Positions 30,073 through 39,097 of a stretch of DNA of 64,000 bases are shown here, one piece after another (positions within the stretch are counted from its first letter, which is position 1; each line of letters opens with the position of its first letter). The stretch spans positions 1 through 64,000 of the forward strand of contig CAWDYC010000009.1 of the NCBI GenBank assembly GCA_963806535.1. Direction: 5' to 3'. The DNA is from Candidatus Bathyarchaeota archaeon (GTDB lineage Archaea; Thermoproteota; Bathyarchaeia; Bathyarchaeales; Bathycorpusculaceae). The notes under the pieces are model-generated. The model saw only the letters and a program-made list of their open reading frames with translations, made no database searches and was not told where the DNA came from. Position numbers and translations under genes: made by a program.

Positions 30073-31452
30073 TTAATCTTTCAAAGCAATAATCACACAT
30101 ACATCGTTAACATTGGTCCCTGTCGCTCCTGTGTAGATAAGGTCGCCAAGTTTTGAGAAAAAACTGTAGGAATCATTATTAGCAATATATTTTTCCGGAT
30201 CCAACCCTAATTGCCTTGCTCGTTTCAGCGTGAACCCATCAATGATTGCTCCTGCAGCATCTGTTGGTCCATCAACTCCGTCAGTGCTAAAAGAAGCAAT
30301 TACGCATTCCTCGGATTCTTTAAGGTTCAAAGCGGCGGACAATGCCAGTTCTTGATTTCTGCCGCCCACCCCTTTTCCCCTAACGGTTACAGTTGTTTCT
30401 CCGCCAGCGACAACACCCAGTGATCTAGAAGTATCAATGCAAACAAAGCCTTCACTAGCAAGTTTTGCTAATGCTTTCCCAACTTCTTTAGCCTCTCCCG
30501 TCAACATATCAGCCAATAATAATGTGTTAAGTCCTTTAGAAGCTAAGAAGTCAATGGCGGCCAGGCTAGCGGTTCGGTTGTTACCAATCACTAAATTGTG
30601 AACTTTTTCAAAAACAAGATCATTTGGTTTAGGTGTTTCCTGAAGCAGACCTCTTTCGCCTTCTGAGAGGATCTTGCGAATGGAAACTGGTACCTTCAAC
30701 CATAAATCATATTTTTCAAGGATTTTTTTGGCATCACTAAATGTTGATGTGTCAGGAACTGTTGGACCAGAGGCGATTGAATCAAGTGGGTCTCCCATGA
30801 CATCTGAGAGCACAAGGTTTAGGAGCGTTGCTGGATAAGCTTTTTTTGCTAGCCATCCGCCTTTGAAGGCTGAAAGATGTTTTCGGACAGCGTTGATTTC
30901 GGTTATTTCGGCACCGCTTTTGAGAAGTGCATTTGTAAGTGCTTGCTTATCCTTAAGTGATATGCCTTCGCGAGGGAGCGGCATGAGACTTGACCCGCCG
31001 CCTGAAATCAGGCAAATAACTAAATCATCTTCTTTTGCTTGTTCGGCTATGGCCATAATGCGGAAAGTGCCAGCTACTCCTGCTTCGTCAGGAACTGGGT
31101 GGCTGGCTTCATTGAGTTCTATAACTTTGGTTTTTTGGCTTGTACCGTAAGGAATGTTTACGACTCCAGCGGTTATATGGTTGCCCAGTATCTCTTCTAT
31201 GGCTTGCGCCATTTTACCGCCTGCTTTGCCTCCACCTACAACGTAAACATGTTTGAACTTCCTTAAGTCAAACGTGCAGCCTTCAACCTGAAGCTGATCG
31301 TTTTCAACTTTCATTTTTGCCTTAATCAGCCGCTTAGGTTCTGCAGCGTTAACAGCTTGCTCAAGGCACTGAAGAGCTAGGTCACGACCTCTGCGAATAT
31401 TTGAGGTTTCTCCGTTTTCGATTAACTTTTCTCGATTTATAATCTTTATCAT
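30073..31452 (-). CDS. Glycerate 2-kinase (MOFRL/TtuD family)
   Basis: GGKA, HPVPD, LISGGGSSL, RKHLS..KGG, SDVMGD..IASGP, GGETTV, GGRNQE, TDGVDG, TGTNVND. Confidence 0.93.
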   Translation of the reverse strand: MIKIINREKLIENGETSNIRRGRDLALQCLEQAVNAAEPKRLIKAKMKVENDQLQVEGCTFDLRKFKHVYVVGGGKAGGKMAQAIEEILGNHITAGVVNIPYGTSQKTKVIELNEASHPVPDEAGVAGTFRIMAIAEQAKEDDLVICLISGGGSSLMPLPREGISLKDKQALTNALLKSGAEITEINAVRKHLSAFKGGWLAKKAYPATLLNLVLSDVMGDPLDSIASGPTVPDTSTFSDAKKILEKYDLWLKVPVSIRKILSEGERGLLQETPKPNDLVFEKVHNLVIGNNRTASLAAIDFLASKGLNTLLLADMLTGEAKEVGKALAKLASEGFVCIDTSRSLGVVAGGETTVTVRGKGVGGRNQELALSAALNLKESEECVIASFSTDGVDGPTDAAGAIIDGFTLKRARQLGLDPEKYIANNDSYSFFSKLGDLIYTGATGTNVNDVCVIIALKD

Positions 31453-31560
31453 TCGCTTTACCGTGAATTTTTTCTATCAAGTCATATGGATATGCCTAAA
31501 TAAACAATCTTGTAGCGGCTATTTGAAAAAAAGATGTTGATTTTGATTCAAAACTGATTA

Positions 31561-31635
31561 TGGACCGGGCGGGATTTGAACCCGCGGCTTCCGCGTTGCG
31601 AACGCGGCGATCATACCGAGCTGATCTACCGGCCC
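31561..31635 (-). tRNA. tRNA-Ala(CGC)
   Basis: GGGCCGGTAGATCAGCTCGGTATGATCGCCGCGTTCGCAACGCGGAAGCCGCGGGTTCAAATCCCGCCCGGTCCA: cloverleaf, anticodon CGC, G3:U70 Ala determinant, no intron, CCA not encoded. Confidence 0.96.
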
Positions 31636-31725
31636 ACTAAGATAATGCAGTGAAAAAAATACCTTGTTGAGTACATTTAGAGCTTTCGGTTAAACAATTT
31701 CCGCTAAAGAACGAGAATAAGTAGT

Positions 31726-31902
31726 TTATTCTTCGCCGTATCCGTGCTCGATTCTGCCATGAGTTCTTTGGTAATTGGATGCATGGGCTTCTTTTTGGCT
31801 GCCAAAACAATTCATGTGTTTTTGTAGGTCTGCTTGGGTTAAAAATATGCAAGCGCAGTGTGGGCATTTGTAGCATTTGTTATTGTTTTTTTCCTCAGTC
31901 AT
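31726..31902 (-). CDS. Small C2H2/C2HC zinc-finger protein (58 aa, absent from the ORF track)
   Basis: MTEEKNNNKCYKCPHCACIFLTQADLQKHMNCFGSQKEAHASNYQRTHGRIEHGYGEE*; Y-x-CxxC-x3-F-x5-L-x2-H spacing; GAGG upstream. Confidence 0.75.
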   Translation of the reverse strand: MTEEKNNNKCYKCPHCACIFLTQADLQKHMNCFGSQKEAHASNYQRTHGRIEHGYGEE

Positions 31903-32248
31903 TGGGCTTCCTCATGTTTCAATATTTCAAGATTGATTACGCAGGTCTTCGGCTGCAAGATGCAGAAGACAAAGGAACTTGCTCAAAGTCCCGGGATATC
32001 TTATAGCGTGATATGAAACAGTCGCTTATACGTTTTCATTCCTTAAATGGAGAGTTCTTCAACTCCTTCCCTTGAAGTTTTCTTTTCAATTAATAGTCAG
32101 TTGAGCAGTGAATTTGATTTTTGACTGAATTTTACTTGATTGAGTCTTTGGGGTTTTGGCTTTTCAGAAATTTATGAACCATGACTAAAGAACGTTTATT
32201 AAGTCTTACTACAAGATTTTGGTTTGACGTCAAGACGTGAAATAAACA

Positions 32249-32713
32249 TTGAAATTCAAAAAAGCACATTCAATTGCAGTAATCGCATTAGTTTTCATCG
32301 CAACCGCATTTACATTAGTAACCTCAGCGGTACTCCTAAACCAACAGAAAGTTCCAGCACAAGACGAAGTTGGCAGCAACGTATCAAGCTCAAAAAACAT
32401 TGGTGTCTACGTAAATGAAGCAGCTACTACCGGTTGCTCAAACGTTGATTGGGGAAACTTATGCCCAGGCGGCTCAACAAGTCAAATTTTATATATCAAA
32501 AATACTGGAAACATTAAAGAAACACTCAACATGACAACCTCGGACTGGAATCCAATTTCTGCCAATTCAGTTTTGATTTTAACATGGGACAAAGAAAACA
32601 CCACATTATCCCCAGGAACAGTAATTCCTGCAACACTTGAGCTTACAGCGGCTTCAGAGACTGGAAGCCTAACAGCTTTCAACTTTGCCATTCAGATATC
32701 AGGAAACCCCTAA
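32249..32713 (+). CDS. Secreted Ig-like protein
   Basis: Signal-like N-terminus; VDWG.L.PG...YIKNTGN beta-sandwich pattern. Confidence 0.7.
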   Translation: MKFKKAHSIAVIALVFIATAFTLVTSAVLLNQQKVPAQDEVGSNVSSSKNIGVYVNEAATTGCSNVDWGNLCPGGSTSQILYIKNTGNIKETLNMTTSDWNPISANSVLILTWDKENTTLSPGTVIPATLELTAASETGSLTAFNFAIQISGNP

Positions 32714-32892
32714 GAAAACAAAGAATGACTGCTTTATTATCTGCAATTTACCTGCCATAAACTAGATTTTGGTTTTAGTTTGAATTAAATTGCTGAGAAT
32801 AATTAGTTGGTGATATCGCATTACAAAGTTCTATAACAAATAGAAGTGAAGCTTGAAAAGGAAAAATTGAAAAAAATTTAAGAAAATCGCGT

Positions 32893-33180
32893 CTATTGTT
32901 TGTTGGTCATTTCGTTAATTTGCTGTTCCATTGCATGTCCACGGCAGAAAACGGTTGCTTTTGTGACACCTGGAACAGTTTTGGCAGCAGCTTTTATGTC
33001 GGCGGCAAGTTTGAATGCGATAGGGCAGAATGGGCTTGTGGGTACGAATTCTACTGTGACTTCTCCTGGAGCTGTTTCTTTGACGCTTTGAATCATTTGC
33101 ATTTCAGCGAATGATTGTCCAGTTTCTGGGTCTTCTACTTTACCTACTTCTATGCGTACCTTATTTTCTAATTCGCTCAT
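32893..33180 (-). CDS. SufT/DUF59 (PaaD-like) Fe-S assembly protein
   Basis: VEDPETG, PTSPFCP; ATG at 33180 after GAGGT. Confidence 0.88.
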   Translation of the reverse strand: MSELENKVRIEVGKVEDPETGQSFAEMQMIQSVKETAPGEVTVEFVPTSPFCPIAFKLAADIKAAAKTVPGVTKATVFCRGHAMEQQINEMTNKQ

Positions 33181-33387
33181 TTTATTAACCTCTAACTTGA
33201 GTGAAAGAAATATGAAATGACAATGATATAAACCGAACGCATCAATTCTGTTGCCGCATATGACCCCAACAAAAGGTAAGAAAAACCGGCTAAACAAAGG
33301 CTAAAGCGTTTCTAAATTAGTTCTCGTTTAGCGGGCTTAATGTTTAAGTTTTGCTTCAAATATAATCAAATGTGAAGGCTATGTCGA

Positions 33388-33807
33388 ATGGCGTTTGACG
33401 AAGCATGCATATTTTGCAAAATAGTAAGAAAACAAGCGGCATCCAGCACCATATACGAAGACAAGACAGTAATGGCTTTCCTTGACATAAGACCATTAAA
33501 CATTGGACATACGCTTGTTGTGCCCAAAGTCCATTACATTGACATTTTTGATATTCCAGAAAACGAATTATGCAATATTCATAAAGCGTCCAAATTAATT
33601 TCCCCAGCAATCAAAAAAGCAACTAAAGCAGACGGCATCAGTATTATTCAGCAAAACGGTAAATCGGCAGGCCAGGACATATTCCATTTTCATGTACATG
33701 TAGTTCCAAGATTTGAAGACCAAAAAATGCCCAGTTTTAGTGAGCTTAAACCTGTTGAGCGAGCCAAGCTTGATGAGATGGCGAAGAAAATTATGCAGCA
33801 TCTCTAA
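33388..33807 (+). CDS. HIT family hydrolase
   Basis: CIFCKI, FLDIRP...GHTLVVPK, GQDIFHFHVHVVPR. Confidence 0.95.
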   Translation: MAFDEACIFCKIVRKQAASSTIYEDKTVMAFLDIRPLNIGHTLVVPKVHYIDIFDIPENELCNIHKASKLISPAIKKATKADGISIIQQNGKSAGQDIFHFHVHVVPRFEDQKMPSFSELKPVERAKLDEMAKKIMQHL

Positions 33808-33901
33808 CATAAGTTTTGGATAGCGATGTAAAATATTGGATATTCTTATTAGATTGGAAATCCTAGAATAATATAGCGAGATTTTAGGCAGGTGTTATTT
33901 T

Positions 33902-34072
33902 TTGGCAAATAAAAAAGATGACAAATATCAATGCGAAGACTGCGGGCTTGTTATTTTGGTTGAAGAACCTTGCGGTTGCGAATCGACTGAGATTGTCTGT
34001 TGTGGCGAACCAATGAAACCAGTCAAAACATCTCAAAAAGCAGCACCGAAACCAAGCTCTAAAAGCAAATAA
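33902..34072 (+). CDS. Desulforedoxin-like small metalloprotein (56 aa, absent from the ORF track)
   Basis: TTG start after GGTG: MANKKDDKYQCEDCGLVILVEEPCGCESTEIVCCGEPMKPVK...; CxxC...CCGxPM. Confidence 0.8.
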   Translation: MANKKDDKYQCEDCGLVILVEEPCGCESTEIVCCGEPMKPVKTSQKAAPKPSSKSK

Positions 34073-34173
34073 ATTCATAAATAATAATCCTATTTTTTTA
34101 TTTTTTCAAGCAAATATATAAAAGATATTTTAAAAAAAATGAGGCCCCTGCACAATTGCAGGTCTACTTTTTT

Positions 34174-34611
34174 TTACATCATCTTGTTAGCAGCATCCAT
34201 TTTTGGCATTAACACTTTATCAATAGCATGGCAAACTCCATTGTCCACAACGAGGTCTGGTTTGATGATGTTTGCACCGTTAACTTTCATGTTTTTATGC
34301 AAATGCCAAGTTTTAGCGTCTATCCTTAATTCTCCTCCTGAAAGCGCTTGCAAATACTCGTGCTTAGCCAAATCGGCCGCCATCATTTTTCCTTCACACA
34401 CATGGAAAGTTAAAACTTCCTTCAACTTGGCAGTGTCTTTCATGAGCATGTCCCAGTCAGCTTTGGGAATTTTATTGAATGCTTCGTCTGTTGGCGCAAA
34501 GACGGTGAATGGACCTGGACCTTTAAGTGTATCAACTAATCCTGCTGTTTTTACTGCTTCTACAAGCTTTGTCATTCCTGATGCCATTGCAGCATCAACA
34601 ATATCCGGCAA
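34174..34611 (-). CDS. Fasciclin (FAS1) domain protein without signal peptide
   Basis: AGLVDTLKGPGPFTVFAPTDEAF...NGVCHAIDKVLMP; TTG at 34611 after GGAGGTGA. Confidence 0.9.
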   Translation of the reverse strand: MPDIVDAAMASGMTKLVEAVKTAGLVDTLKGPGPFTVFAPTDEAFNKIPKADWDMLMKDTAKLKEVLTFHVCEGKMMAADLAKHEYLQALSGGELRIDAKTWHLHKNMKVNGANIIKPDLVVDNGVCHAIDKVLMPKMDAANKMM

Positions 34612-34690
34612 AATTTCACCTCCACTTACAATTAAACCTTGAAAATCCACTGAAGTATAATTGATAAAATATGTTTTAAACTTTGCTAGT

Positions 34691-35200
34691 CTATGGATGC
34701 TGGTGTTTGTATCTCCAGAAACCCATGTAAGGCGCTTCCAAACCCATTTGCCAAAGAACTGCTGACAATTCACCATAATGAATCATGTCTTCTATAACCA
34801 TGTGCGTTAGCACGGTTTCAACGCTAACTTCTAGAGAAGGTTTCTCACCCCAAGGGACTGCGATTTGGCGGCCTAATTCTTCAACTGACAGCTTGCCAAG
34901 ATAGTTTTGCGTGTTTTCCTTCACTTGTAACATATACTTCTTCAATGAATCCATATTCTTGAAGGCATCAAAGTCAGGGTCAACCCAATCCTTGAAGCGG
35001 CCAGGAATAACATAGCTAATCCATCTGTCTTCTACTAGCGTCAAATGCAGAAAGACGTTTCGCATAGAACCAAAACTCAAACCTTTAAGAGCAACAACTT
35101 CAGCCCAAGACAATTTTGCGATAGCATCAAAATATAGCCCTCGAACGGTGTGGTTGTAACAGATTAAATCGGTAACTTGCATGAAACTTGCTTGCGCCAA
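34691..35200 (-). CDS. DinB/YfiT family protein
   Basis: SMRNVFLH...EDRW, H...E..HYGE. Confidence 0.85.
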   Translation of the reverse strand: MAQASFMQVTDLICYNHTVRGLYFDAIAKLSWAEVVALKGLSFGSMRNVFLHLTLVEDRWISYVIPGRFKDWVDPDFDAFKNMDSLKKYMLQVKENTQNYLGKLSVEELGRQIAVPWGEKPSLEVSVETVLTHMVIEDMIHYGELSAVLWQMGLEAPYMGFWRYKHQHP

Positions 35201-35242
35201 ATAGATATTTAAAACTTGAGTGATTTCTTATTTGAATGAGCT

Positions 35243-35650
35243 TTAGGTTGGGGGTCTTTTTTGCGCATATTGGTATCTGCGAGGTTTGCCGATTCGTGTT
35301 AAAATGTTGTCTTTAACTAGATCGACAAGGGCATGAGCTACGGCTGTACGATCATAGTGAAATCCTTTGCGTGCAAGCTCGGTGTGGACATCATCTAAGC
35401 CTCTTGGCTCCGTGAACCATTTTTCTTCCCATAGTTTTTGGATCACGCCTTTGCAAGTTTCTGCTCGTGGTGGCGGTGCTTGACGTTCGGCGACTTGGGC
35501 GAGGTTGGTGTTTTTTAGGCGTTCGGTGACGGTGGCGAGTATTCTGTCTACGGCGGTCTGTATTTGGTCTGGTTGGGCTTCGATTTCGAATTCTATGTCG
35601 CCGACTTTCATCTTTACGCGTATTGGAGGATTTTGCTGTTTTTCTGTCAA
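35243..35650 (-). CDS. Conserved hypothetical protein with C-terminal winged helix
   Basis: N-terminal beta hairpin; LWEEKWF..PRGL.DV..EL..KG...LVK..ILTR.G..RRY.Y wHTH-like. Confidence 0.65.
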   Translation of the reverse strand: MTEKQQNPPIRVKMKVGDIEFEIEAQPDQIQTAVDRILATVTERLKNTNLAQVAERQAPPPRAETCKGVIQKLWEEKWFTEPRGLDDVHTELARKGFHYDRTAVAHALVDLVKDNILTRIGKPRRYQYAQKRPPT

Positions 35651-35740
35651 GTTCTCACTTATTGTCTATTGTATTGTGCAAGATGCACATGCACAATACT
35701 TAAATATTTCACCAATAAAGATATTGAATATTGGTGAATC

Positions 35741-36820
35741 ATGGTGATTGAACAATATACAATTACTAACAAATATAACTTTCCACAACCAACCATCGAC
35801 ACAATCCTCCCCCAACGCTTCTTAGAACAAAGCCTCTATTCCCTCAAAAAAGTCCAACATCAACCACTCCAACTAAACCCCAAAAACATCCAACAATTCA
35901 CTACAACAGAGCAATATCCATCAAACCTACAGCTCAAACCAAACTCAATCCCCATAAAACCAGATCACCAAGAAACCCTGATCGCCGCCGTCGACACCTC
36001 AACAATAAAAATCGGTGACACAAGCACCGGTATGATAGTTGCTATTCGAGGAGCAACTACATGGAAACAAAACCGAACCTACAAATACACGCGTCTTGGC
36101 CCCTTCATATTTCACATAACCGAGGATAACAAAAACCAACTCTACAACACGCTGGAACACGCTTATTTCAGCACAACTTACGGTAGCATGCATCAAGCAG
36201 CGCCGAACATCATGCAAATGCCAACTCGACTCGCAAGTCTCTTAGAACGGTGGCTGCAAACGATGGTGGCCAAAACCGTGGACAAAGGTGTATTGCTTTT
36301 CGACGGTTCATTAACATCAGGAACCTTTGATACCCCTGTTCAACGTCTCAGGGAAATTCTTAGTTACGCAAGAAGAAACAATAGCACTGTTTTAGCTTTT
36401 TCAAAAGCAACTACGCTGAGGGCTAACGGCCTCTTGATAACTGAGCAGCTTCCAAACCATGATCCTCCATACCTAATCGAAACCACAGGGTTGCATTCTA
36501 GGCCTCCAATCATTTTGCTTGGCGATGTTTATGTAGCGCGGTTAAACAAGGCAAACTTTGCCTTCCGCCTAGACATCGACAAAGAAACACCCTCTGAACA
36601 AAGAATTGACGCCCTTCAGAAACTGCTGGGCAACGACCTCTACACACAAAGCTATCCAGAAACCCTATGCCTCTCACATATACTTTGCACATTCACCGCC
36701 AACGAAGTCTTGGCTATGAAACACTTCATCACACGCAAACACGGTATACAAATAATCAATCGACCAGACATACATCGGCTGCTTTTCGGATCATTCGGCA
36801 ATGGGGAATTTTACTCATGA
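35741..36820 (+). CDS. NurA-family nuclease
   Basis: AAVDTS, LLFDGSL, AFSK, YPETL.LSH motifs. Confidence 0.8.
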   Translation: MVIEQYTITNKYNFPQPTIDTILPQRFLEQSLYSLKKVQHQPLQLNPKNIQQFTTTEQYPSNLQLKPNSIPIKPDHQETLIAAVDTSTIKIGDTSTGMIVAIRGATTWKQNRTYKYTRLGPFIFHITEDNKNQLYNTLEHAYFSTTYGSMHQAAPNIMQMPTRLASLLERWLQTMVAKTVDKGVLLFDGSLTSGTFDTPVQRLREILSYARRNNSTVLAFSKATTLRANGLLITEQLPNHDPPYLIETTGLHSRPPIILLGDVYVARLNKANFAFRLDIDKETPSEQRIDALQKLLGNDLYTQSYPETLCLSHILCTFTANEVLAMKHFITRKHGIQIINRPDIHRLLFGSFGNGEFYS

Positions 36821-38277
36821 AACTCTATAAAAAAGAAGGAAACATTCTGCAAATAATTAGTTTCCCAATGGAGAGCGCTGAAAAAGGCGATTACCTCCTT
36901 ATTGAAGACCAAGATGCAGCGAAAGCTCTAATTGCCCAAGTTATTGACGTGCAGTTTGCCGCTGTTCCCGGCGTTCTTGAAGAGCTTCTACGAACTTTGC
37001 CTGATGGAGGAGAACAGTTGCAGGGCGAAGATATTGACCCCATGGAAATCGCACCTCATATCACTTACATTCAAGATGCTAGCCTTTTGATTTGCAAGAT
37101 AAGGGCAACCTTGGAAAATGAAATGTTAAGTCCAAGTAGCAGCTGGTTACCCAGCCGTTCCCAATCCACCATCAAGAAATTGTCCATTCCCATGCTTTTG
37201 AAACTGGCAAAAACAGATGGGAAACTTCCGATTATGTTGGGTGGAACTAAGGACTCATCACTTTTAACCATCGATGCTACTGACTTGGACGGCACATTAA
37301 ACATTATAACAGGTAAGAAGGGCTGTGGTAAGTCACATCTCTCCAAACTCCTCATGGTTAACCTTGTCGGCTACAAAGCAACCGTTGTCATCTTCGACTT
37401 AAATGGGGAATACTCAAGCTTAGGAATGACAAACGATGGCAGAAAAAACGTATATTATGATAAAATTCACACTTTGACCCCCTCGCAGAACTTCAAAGTG
37501 GCACTTGAACAACTGCCCCTAAACACGGTAATGGGCATACTCGTAAACGCTCTGCATCTACCCGGCACCTCCGCACGGGAATTTAGGCGACTATGGAAAA
37601 TGCTCAAAGAACAGGGAAAACTCAACATGAAACAGTTGGGCGAGGCGATCAGGGACTTAAATTGCAACCAGCATGTACGAGATGCGTTAGCTTCAAGATT
37701 CCACTCTTTTGCAAACTCTGGCTTTTTTACCGACACCCTAGTTGAAGCAACATTTCTTGATGAAAGCATCTTGAAATCCAAAGACCTTGGCGGCGCCATA
37801 GTAATAAATCTCAAAAACACATCCAATATTGATCGACAAATCGTTGTCGAATATGTCTTGGGTAAACTGGTTGATTCACTTTCAAATTGGAAACTCAAAG
37901 CCGTATTCTTATTTGCGGAAGAAGCACATCTCTACCTAAGAGAAACCTACTGGGACGACATCGTCACCCGCATGCGACACTATGGCATATTTACCACATT
38001 CATCACAAATCAACCAGACACCATCCAGGAAACCATCTACCGCCAAGCCGACAACATCTTTCTATTCAACTTCACCAACGAACACGACCTAGATGTTGTC
38101 AGCCGCGCAGCCCGAGTCGATGCCGAAACTGTGCGTTCAATCGCCCGAGACCTTCCACCTCACCACTGTCTCACATTAGGCAGAGTTGTCAGTGACTTTC
38201 CCATAGTGGCCAGAGTCCGAGCTTTAGATATCAAAACACTTGGTGAAACAAGGTTGTTCTTTAAAGATAAGAATTAG
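36817..38277 (+). CDS. HerA/FtsK-family ATPase (DUF87)
   Basis: ATGA overlap with nurA; GKKGCGKS, FDLNGEY, FAEEAH, RMRHYG, TNQP. Confidence 0.88.
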   Translation: MKLYKKEGNILQIISFPMESAEKGDYLLIEDQDAAKALIAQVIDVQFAAVPGVLEELLRTLPDGGEQLQGEDIDPMEIAPHITYIQDASLLICKIRATLENEMLSPSSSWLPSRSQSTIKKLSIPMLLKLAKTDGKLPIMLGGTKDSSLLTIDATDLDGTLNIITGKKGCGKSHLSKLLMVNLVGYKATVVIFDLNGEYSSLGMTNDGRKNVYYDKIHTLTPSQNFKVALEQLPLNTVMGILVNALHLPGTSAREFRRLWKMLKEQGKLNMKQLGEAIRDLNCNQHVRDALASRFHSFANSGFFTDTLVEATFLDESILKSKDLGGAIVINLKNTSNIDRQIVVEYVLGKLVDSLSNWKLKAVFLFAEEAHLYLRETYWDDIVTRMRHYGIFTTFITNQPDTIQETIYRQADNIFLFNFTNEHDLDVVSRAARVDAETVRSIARDLPPHHCLTLGRVVSDFPIVARVRALDIKTLGETRLFFKDKN

Positions 38278-38411
38278 CAGCAAATTTTTTTTGATTTTAA
38301 CAAAAACAATCCATAAATGAAGGGATTGATTGCTAAATAGAAAATTGTTGTTGCTCGATGTAATCACAAGTTTTCATATAGTTCAGACGCGAATATTAAC
38401 AAGTGACTTTG

Positions 38412-38559
38412 TTGATTTCGAGTTATAAACATAAATGTCCAAAATGCGGAAAAGAGTTGTCTAAACCTGCCTAGGGAATTAGAGAACTCAGTTTTTTGTG
38501 TAGCAGTTTTCAGATGTGACGCATGCGGTACTTCATCCAAGTATTCTCGGGAATATTAG
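38412..38559 (+). CDS. Small zinc-ribbon protein (one frameshift ~38470; absent from the ORF track)
   Basis: MISSYKHKCPKCGKELSKP / RELENSVFCVAVFRCDACGTSSKYSREY*. Confidence 0.5.
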
Positions 38560-38628
38560 AAACAAATAAAAATCAATTTTTTAAGGGCTTTTTATAGTAA
38601 GTTTGCATCTCTTAGTTTTAAAAAATGT

Positions 38629-39072
38629 TCAATAGGAATTAGCTTTTTCCAATTCTTCCTTGTTATTTCTGAAGAAAAGCCGAAAGGAAGCTGTTAAATC
38701 GTAGCTTTCCACATCTTCAAATGAAACCCAGCGTAGTTCCATTGCATCGCTTGCAGCCTGAGCGGTTCCTTTTTTCACGTGAATAAGATATTCGATTATT
38801 ATATAATGGTATTTGACTTTGTTCTTCTCATCCAAATCAACGTTGCTTACTACGTCGATTAATGCTGGATTGCCAACCTCTAAGCCAGTTTCCTCTCGGG
38901 CTTCTCGTATAACTGCTTGCTCTGGGCTTTCAGCAAGCTCGACTAAGCCACCTGGAATTGTCCATTTGCCTTTGCTTGGCTCGTTTCCTCGTTTAATCAG
39001 GGCGATTTTGCCTTCTTTGATTATTACGGCGCCGACGCCTACGACTGGCTGGTCGGGGTATAAACGCTTCAC
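38629..39072 (-). CDS. NUDIX hydrolase
   Basis: PGGLVELAESPEQAVIREAREETGL Nudix box. Confidence 0.93.
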   Translation of the reverse strand: MKRLYPDQPVVGVGAVIIKEGKIALIKRGNEPSKGKWTIPGGLVELAESPEQAVIREAREETGLEVGNPALIDVVSNVDLDEKNKVKYHYIIIEYLIHVKKGTAQAASDAMELRWVSFEDVESYDLTASFRLFFRNNKEELEKANSY

Positions 39073-39097
39073 AGTTTATGCCTCTTCTGGCCCTATG

